From the NCBI GenBank assembly GCA_964016885.1, contig OZ024751.1:41416001-41480000 (forward strand): a DNA stretch of 64,000 nucleotides. Direction: 5' to 3'. The notes beneath the pieces were generated by a model. The model searched no databases, was not told the origin of the DNA, and was given only the letters and a program-made list of their open reading frames with translations. The position numbers were made by a program, and so were the translations under genes. How positions within the stretch are numbered: the stretch's first letter is position 1; each line of letters begins with the position of its first letter. The DNA is from Eledone cirrhosa (lineage: Eukaryota). Positions 56,774 through 64,000 of this stretch are shown here, piece by piece.

Positions 56774-56965
56774 GTGGCGGTGGATTGGCAGTATCAGTAG
56801 AGGGTCGGACGCCATGCTTTCTAGCATAGTTACGTCCCTTTACGATCTGAGTTCAAATCCCGCCGAGATTGACTTTGCCTTTCATCCTTACGGGGTCGAT
56901 AAAATAAAGTACCAGTAATGCACTGGTTAATTGCTGGCCTTGTGCCTAAAGTAGAAACAATTATT
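56774..56965 (+). mobile_element. Full-length SINE family A
   Basis: gtggcggtggattggcagtatc...gagttcaaatccc...gtagaaacaattattatt. Confidence 0.85.
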
Positions 56966-57066
56966 ATTAACCATGTTCCCAACAAATGCACTTTTTCTTT
57001 CGCTTGTACTAGTATATGTCCCAGTATAGCTACTACGCTCACACATGTTTACACACACACACACTC

Positions 57067-57098
<32 letters not shown>

Positions 57099-57200
57099 GT
57101 ATATATATATATATGTATATTATTGGCAACATGACCCTCCCAAAGTATAACAATATATATATATATGTATATATATATATATGTATATATATATGTATAT

Positions 57201-57263
<63 letters not shown>

Positions 57264-57288
57264 CATGTATATATATATGTATATATAT

Positions 57289-57353
<65 letters not shown>

Positions 57354-57382
57354 CATGTATATATTTATATATATATATATAC

Positions 57383-57413
<31 letters not shown>

Positions 57414-57522
57414 TGTATATATTTATATATATATATATATACATGTATATATTTATATATATATATACATGTATATATTTATATATATATATATACATGT
57501 ATATATTTATATATATATATAC

Positions 57523-57554
<32 letters not shown>

Positions 57555-57600
57555 CTTTATCGAGCCCTCTTTGGATTTTAGTCTTCACATTTATTATTAT

Positions 57601-57635
<35 letters not shown>

Positions 57636-58204
57636 CAAACATACACACACCTACATATATATGTATGTATATATGCCAGGCTTCTGAGCACCTTCCGTCC
57701 ACCAAATTTCACTAACGATTTTTTAGTCTATCTGAGACTATGGCAGAAGACATCTGTTCAATGTTCTACGTGATGGGCTCGAATCCAGACCCAAATACTT
57801 ACGAAGCGAGCAATTTAACCATACACCCTTACTTGCATATATAATGATATGCAAATTGCGGTTATCCTCGTCGCTAAACATCTTCGATGATCACTCACAA
57901 AGGTCTATTAATGCTCATCCTTCATAATTCTTGTAAACATCGCAATCATCGCCATCATAATCTCGAATAACAACAACACAAACAACAATTCAACTATTTC
58001 TATTATGTTTATCTTTACCTTTTCATCATCACCATCTTCTCATTTTCAACACATCCCTTACCATCCTCCCACCTTTATCGTAATTATTGCTTTCAACAGT
58101 GTCATAACCTTCATACTTAATATTATTCATAAACACCAATTCCTTATTAATTAATTAATAACGTAATTATTTATGTAATGTTTTAGACACAACAATAAAA
58201 ACAC

Positions 58205-59407
58205 TTACACAACAGTTTCGGTATGATCTGGCTTATTGTTAGTAGTGGTGGTCGTGGTTGTATTGTTGCAGTTAACTAACAATGAAGTATGACCGTTTAC
58301 ACTCTGCTTCGTGCCAACAGAATCCTTTTTATTATATCTAGAAACCCAAGTTGAATCCATGCTCGTGCTGAAATCCCTTTGTCTATAGGCATTCCATTTA
58401 GTGCAGATCGTACAGCCTGTTAACAGTTTCTCTAGTTCGTTGCGAAACTGTTGACCTGTGATCAAATATATGAAAAAGTTAAACACAAAATGTGTTAGTC
58501 CAATCTCGTTGATAATAGCTTTAATAAAGACATATGTAAAGAATCTTTGCCACTTTGGATCAAAGCGTTTCTCGTCTTCGGACAATCCTATATCACCTTC
58601 TTGAAATGTTAGGAAAAGAGAGGTTGTTACGGTAACTGGTAGAACCGTGAATATAAGATAGAATGATACAGTCAAAAGCATAATAGTAGTTGCAGAAGTT
58701 CGCTGCTCGTTGCCGTGTAATTGAGTCCTCTCTACCTTCGATAATCTTCTCACTTCCAAAATTACAAGGATATTGAAAATCAACACCAAACTTGGGACGA
58801 GCATAAATATCAAGAATTCAACTATCCAAGTCCATGTAGTCCAAAATTCTGTTTCAAGTGTCCATTTTCGAGGTGAGCAGGCTTGACATAAAGAGTCATA
58901 TTGCCAAAAGTATCCTTGAATAGCAGACAAACTGAAGGAGAGTATGACCAGGGCTAGGATTACAATTTTCGCTCGTTTAGTGGTGCAAAATCGTTCACGT
59001 TTGAACGGGTGGCAGACTGATATATATCTCTCAACAGTAAAACCTAACACAAACAGTGGTGGTAAATATTGGCAGGTCATAAATATTACAGGGTAGGCTT
59101 CACATATGACGGGATAGTTTAAGACGGGTAAAAACCAAGCATTTTGCGCTTCATGTACGATTTGTAAAGCTAAGAAAAACAGATCAGCGAGAGCAATAGC
59201 AGCTAAATAATATCCTGAGGAATGACGCATGCGCCGTTGTATCCAGACAATAAAGGACAAAATATTGCCCGGGAACCCAATAATGTACAGAAATGGTGTA
59301 GTATATCTGTCCACATAGAACTTTTCAGGAACATGTTTCATTACAATACCCCTAATAATATAGTCTTCTTGACAAGTAACTGAAACGTTATCGGTTGTCG
59401 CTTCCAT
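58205..59407 (-). CDS. Class A (rhodopsin-like) GPCR, FMRFamide/myosuppressin/sex-peptide-receptor-like group, about 400 aa, CDS in a single exon
   Basis: Seven hydrophobic segments with GFPGN (TM1), IALADL (TM2), FTVERYISVCHP (ERY motif), LVP (TM5), TVLP (TM6) and NFFIY in place of NPxxY (TM7). N-glycosylation sequon NVS. ATG at 59407 (MEATTDNVS). The first 18 residues of the 426-aa ORF are a translated intron end. Confidence 0.92.
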   Translation of the reverse strand: MEATTDNVSVTCQEDYIIRGIVMKHVPEKFYVDRYTTPFLYIIGFPGNILSFIVWIQRRMRHSSGYYLAAIALADLFFLALQIVHEAQNAWFLPVLNYPVICEAYPVIFMTCQYLPPLFVLGFTVERYISVCHPFKRERFCTTKRAKIVILALVILSFSLSAIQGYFWQYDSLCQACSPRKWTLETEFWTTWTWIVEFLIFMLVPSLVLIFNILVILEVRRLSKVERTQLHGNEQRTSATTIMLLTVSFYLIFTVLPVTVTTSLFLTFQEGDIGLSEDEKRFDPKWQRFFTYVFIKAIINEIGLTHFVFNFFIYLITGQQFRNELEKLLTGCTICTKWNAYRQRDFSTSMDSTWVSRYNKKDSVGTKQSVNGHTSLLVNCNNTTTTTTTNNKPDHTETVV

Positions 59408-59431
59408 CACACTTGCAACAGTTGTATTAAT

Positions 59432-59455
59432 CTGAAACAAAAAAAGAAAAAAAGG
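59432..59455 (-). promoter_or_regulatory. 3' splice acceptor of the GPCR coding exon
   Basis: Minus strand reads a T/C-rich tract then gtttcAG|ATTAATAC. AG is at 59433-59432 and the exon starts at 59431, 24 nt before the ATG. Confidence 0.8.
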
Positions 59456-60535
59456 TATAGAAGGTTTATATATTAACTGTAACAACAGTCGATTGTTATA
59501 AATAATAACTTTAAAATAACCCTAGAGACGGGAAAAGGCGTGTTGTACTTTGCTTGAAGCATTGTGTACGGTGTAGAACATAATGTTTTATGAGGAGGCT
59601 ACCACAATGCAAATGAAACATTAATTGTTAAAAATATAATGATAATAAAGATGTCGGGGGTACTGTTTTGGAGTTGTTTGTTGGTCCTTATATTTCGGGA
59701 TAAAATCCAGTCGTCAAAGGAATAAGTGAGGAAAATATTTAAAAGAAAATAGCAGCATAAGAGCAACACAAGATATCCTGATCCGAATTAGTGGCAGTGA
59801 CTTCTCACCATTTGGAATAGTTATTCGTAAGTCTCGTCTAGGAAACGATAGATAAACATCTTAAGTGTCGTCAGCTTGTTTTTAGATATTAAATGAGGTT
59901 GTTGTTGGTTTAATAGACGTGATTTTAAGGTTTGTAACTGTAGTTATACGACAAAAAAAAAAAAAGCTTTCGATTAATCGTCACACAGAAATTGAAGCAA
60001 TTTGATTTTCTATCATATATTCATATCATGTTTTGGAAATTTTCGCAAAGATTTGAGGTGTTATTAACATGAGAATATCCAATAGACTTGTCAGGCATTT
60101 CTCATGTGTGTGTGTGTTTGGGAGGGGGTGCGAATGTATACTACCTCGGCATGTTTTACTATTGTTAACAAAATCCATTGGATTAACCCTTTCGTGACCT
60201 CATTTAATGTAATTTATCTGTGATTTCAACATCGTTAGAGTGTAAGAAGTTGAAGGTGAAAAAACTTGCATGAGGGCGAGGGGCTTCTTCACTGAAAACC
60301 GACTGGTGTCCAGTTCTCCCGAGAGTTTCTTTACATGACAGTTACATTGCTCCATTTTCACATGTATTTCCAATACATGTCTCTTTTCTAGCCATCGATC
60401 CACATTCACTCAAATACATCACTACTCTCACTAGTCAGTTCGTTCAGATAGTACGTGGCGCTCTTTTCTAGCCGGTTAACTTACATTGGCACAAATACAT
60501 GATTTTTCCAACTAGTTAATCCACATTCACTCAAA

Positions 60536-60738
60536 TACGAGGGTTAGATCAAATGTTCATAGGCTGACCAAAATACTCTCATGGAATGACCAAATGAGGT
60601 TTATTTGTCAACATGCTCCCTAAAAAGAAACAATGCAGCTATTAATAAAAAGAGTTGAAAATTAATGCATGCAAGATTTCACAGCCCTAGCATCATTCCT
60701 TCATAGTAAGCCTATGAATGTTTCAGCTGACCCTTATA
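60536..60738 (+). mobile_element. Mariner-like MITE, about 200 bp
   Basis: TIR-like ends tacgagggttagatcaaatgttcataggct / agcctatgaatgtttcagctgacccttata. Confidence 0.7.
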
Positions 60739-61261
60739 TGTGGTTTTTCTAGCTTGTTAATCCACATTCACTCAAATATGTGTTGTTGTTGTTTTATTTT
60801 GCTAGTAAATAGATATCAATTTTTTATGTAATCCAGTAGCTAGAAAAATATTTTGTTACGACTTTCCATCGTTCTTCTTTAAACCTCTGCCATACTGTTT
60901 TATTTTTAAAGTTAACAGTACCTTTCCATTTACAACCACGTACACCTACAGCCATTTACAAGACTGTTTTTTAACATATCAGCAGATGTAATACAATTAG
61001 AGGTGTTATACTACTTTTACTCGGTATAACGTTTTACAGGTTACATAACCAACTATTTCTACATTATTTATATTCCTTCTAAACATATGTATGTCTACTA
61101 AAGTGGAGATCGGTTTCCATTTTGTTTTTGGCAACCGATCACAAACTGCAGACACCGAAATAGCTGTAAAATGTGTGTTGGGCGTTAGCTTTGAGCAATG
61201 TTGATGCCAATCCCAAGATGGATTGACAAGAAAAAATAATCCTTCGGCAATCAAAGAAAGC

Positions 61262-61292
<31 letters not shown>

Positions 61293-61332
61293 TATTAATT
61301 ATGCGTAGGAACGATATGTCAGAATATCATCA

Positions 61333-61389
<57 letters not shown>

Positions 61390-61686
61390 GCAAAAACGTT
61401 AACACCTACCCACACATCGAGTGCTCAGGTTGTTGGACCAACGGGAACATAAGAGGTTACTATATATAACGCTATATATATATATATGGCCGAGTGGTTA
61501 GATAATTGGATTCGCAATTATGAGGTTGTGAGTTCGATTCCTGGACCGGGCGATACATTATGTCCTTGAGCAAGACACTTTATTTCACCTTGCTCTTTCT
61601 GCCTAGAGTTGCGAGCGATAGATAGTACTAGCAAATAGAAAGACCGACGAAAACATTGTTTACTCGGCCCGATTTGACGAAAGTCG

Positions 61687-61738
<52 letters not shown>

Positions 61739-61827
61739 CTGGATCTACCAACTCATAATATTATAATATTATAATATTAAATCAATAAATTTTTTAACAC
61801 TACAAGTGAAGTTTTCTTTTTTTTCAA

Positions 61828-61883
<56 letters not shown>

Positions 61884-62298
61884 ATATATATATATATATG
61901 TGTGTGTGTATATGTATATATATATATATGATTTTATCATTTATTATGTTTGACCTGTTTAGCTTGACTTGTTTTTTGGCTTAGGTGGTTAATGCCTTCT
62001 TGACCACTTTTTCAGTTTGTATGGCGTTTTAACATATATGTTTAGCTCTGGTATTTTAACTATGGAGAGCTTGCCAGAATAACTCTGATTTTGCGTTTCG
62101 TTTCGCTTTTTCTACCCACCGAAATACGATTCTCGCTGAATTTATATTTATATATATATGGCGGGTTTATCGAGTGAGATCGAAAGAACAAGTCATGAAG
62201 ACAAAGTGACCCAAGTTTGATAAATATATCTTAAAAAATAAAACTACTGTGTTATTTTTTCCTTGACAGTAATCTTGCAAACAAATATCGTCCGCACC

Positions 62299-62366
<68 letters not shown>

Positions 62367-62369
<3 letters not shown>

Positions 62370-62504
62370 TCCAGAATTAGCCGTCGAAACGGCTTGAGCT
62401 CAGCCGTCGGGGTCCTACTCGTTCCTATTACCCACTCTACTACCCTAACTATTGAGTACGTTGGTGCGTTATGGTCCACCTGGTTCCTTACCACATTTCC
62501 TCCG

Positions 62505-62507
<3 letters not shown>
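62367..62507 (+). mobile_element. Single-arm copy of the 9882 cassette
   Basis: cagtccagaattagccgtcgaaacggc...ccgttat between two (TA)n tracts. Confidence 0.8.
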
Positions 62508-62548
<41 letters not shown>

Positions 62549-62958
62549 GTGACAGGAACTTAGTCATCGGCTTTTAATTATAAAGAAAATGGCTGCTTCC
62601 AGCTGCGAATAACAATCTTCAAAACTGTTGCTACATGTCCAAACTAGTTCAATATATTCACACACAATCAATCTATACGAAATATTACATAATATAAAAA
62701 AATGTATTGAATATTTTCTTGTTTATTATCAATTATATTTATAAACTTCTCTTACTTCCAATTTTTTCTGTGTGTTTTTTATGCTTATTTTGCTTCCAGT
62801 AAACCTTCGCTATTTACATTTTTGTATTTTATTTTATATAATTTTATTTAATCTTAATTTTATTTTATATTTACTCATCTCTGTATATATATATATATAT
62901 GGAATGGTGTTGGTATTTTAAATATATATGTATATATATATATGTATATATATATATG

Positions 62959-63036
62959 TATAGAAATCACATGAATCAAAGTTCTGTTCAAACCATTTAT
63001 GGTTTGAACAGAACTTTGATTCTTGTGAATTCTATA
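62959..63036. repeat. Short fold-back palindrome at the start of a cassette homologous to 22560-22670 and 43704-43740
   Basis: Centred on aaaccat tt atggttt, next to a (TA)-rich tract. Confidence 0.8.
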
Positions 63037-63264
63037 TAACTGCTCTGTAGAACAACTTATGTTATTACATTGAGCTATTTATCTTACTGGTAATAAGGGA
63101 GTAATAAATTACTGTCTTTCACTGTTTAGGGTTTAAAATATATATAACTATAAAAAGTTTTAGTATATACATAATCATAAATAGTATCCTTAATACTATG
63201 TATATATGTATATATATATATGTATATATGTATATATGTATATATATATGTATGTATATATATG

Positions 63265-63299
<35 letters not shown>

Positions 63300-63368
63300 G
63301 TGTATATATATGTATATATATGTATATATATGTATATATATATATATAAGTAGTAGTAGTAGTAGTAG

Positions 63369-63401
<33 letters not shown>

Positions 63402-63931
63402 ATTTATATATATATATATATATATACATATATCGTTTTTCAACTGTAAGAAATACTAGATACTTCCCCTAGTCTGAAATGGCTTACTAGCTCTATACTG
63501 ACGATTAAATAAATAAATAAATGCTATAACCCAGCTCTTCTCAAACACAGTTAACCATGAGCTGCAAATTATACATTATAAGGATGCAATCAATTTTCTC
63601 GCATCTTAATATGTTCTGAAAATGGTATTAAAATGAAGCAAACGACAGGATATAGCTGTGATTTGAACACATTAATCATGTTAGTTTCTATATGATCTGA
63701 ATTCAAACCCCTTTTGGCGTCATAAATGCCAGTAATATACTGACATTTATTCAAGATTATATCAAATATTCTTTCGGATTCTTCACTGCACGCAATTCAG
63801 AACGGAGAAAAAACTACTTATAATGAGCCATTGATTTACATTGACAGTTGTAACCAATTCAGATTCGTAGGACATTGGCAAACCGAAAATCTGTTAATAT
63901 ATAAGCCATAAAACGGAATCGATGTTAATAT

Positions 63932-64000
<69 letters not shown>

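Noticed and set aside
59432-59485. N-terminal extension MLQLIYKPSIPFFLFLFQ of the GPCR ORF
   Set aside because: It starts at a non-ATG codon and corresponds to the intron polypyrimidine tract and acceptor.
60183-60200. TTAA-CCCTTTCGTGACC piggyBac-like terminus (similar inverse at about 9414-9424)
   Set aside because: No matching partner end was found nearby, so an element cannot be delimited.

Overview
AT-rich, microsatellite-saturated animal genomic DNA. The SINE families, repeat content and GPCR type suggest a mollusc, most likely an octopus; this is an inference. Only one host coding region is supportable: an intronless rhodopsin-class GPCR of the FMRFamide/myosuppressin/sex-peptide-receptor-like group on the minus strand (about 59407-58205), preceded by a splice acceptor. 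Almost all other listed ORFs are microsatellite artefacts. The rest is two tRNA-type SINE families, fragments of RTE-, Tx1/L1- and R4/Dong-type LINEs, Tc1/mariner and pogo-like MITEs, and four minisatellites. The main hidden signal is about a dozen minimal type I hammerhead ribozyme folds (stem I-CUGANGA-stem II-GAAA-short stem III-NUH), plus half-ribozymes. They sit in short non-coding cassettes embedded in (TA)n tracts, most likely Penelope-like pLTR or retrozyme relics. Many cassettes are fold-back palindromes, and several turn at the ribozyme stem II loop or cleavage site. All folds and alignments were read by eye and need computational and biochemical confirmation.
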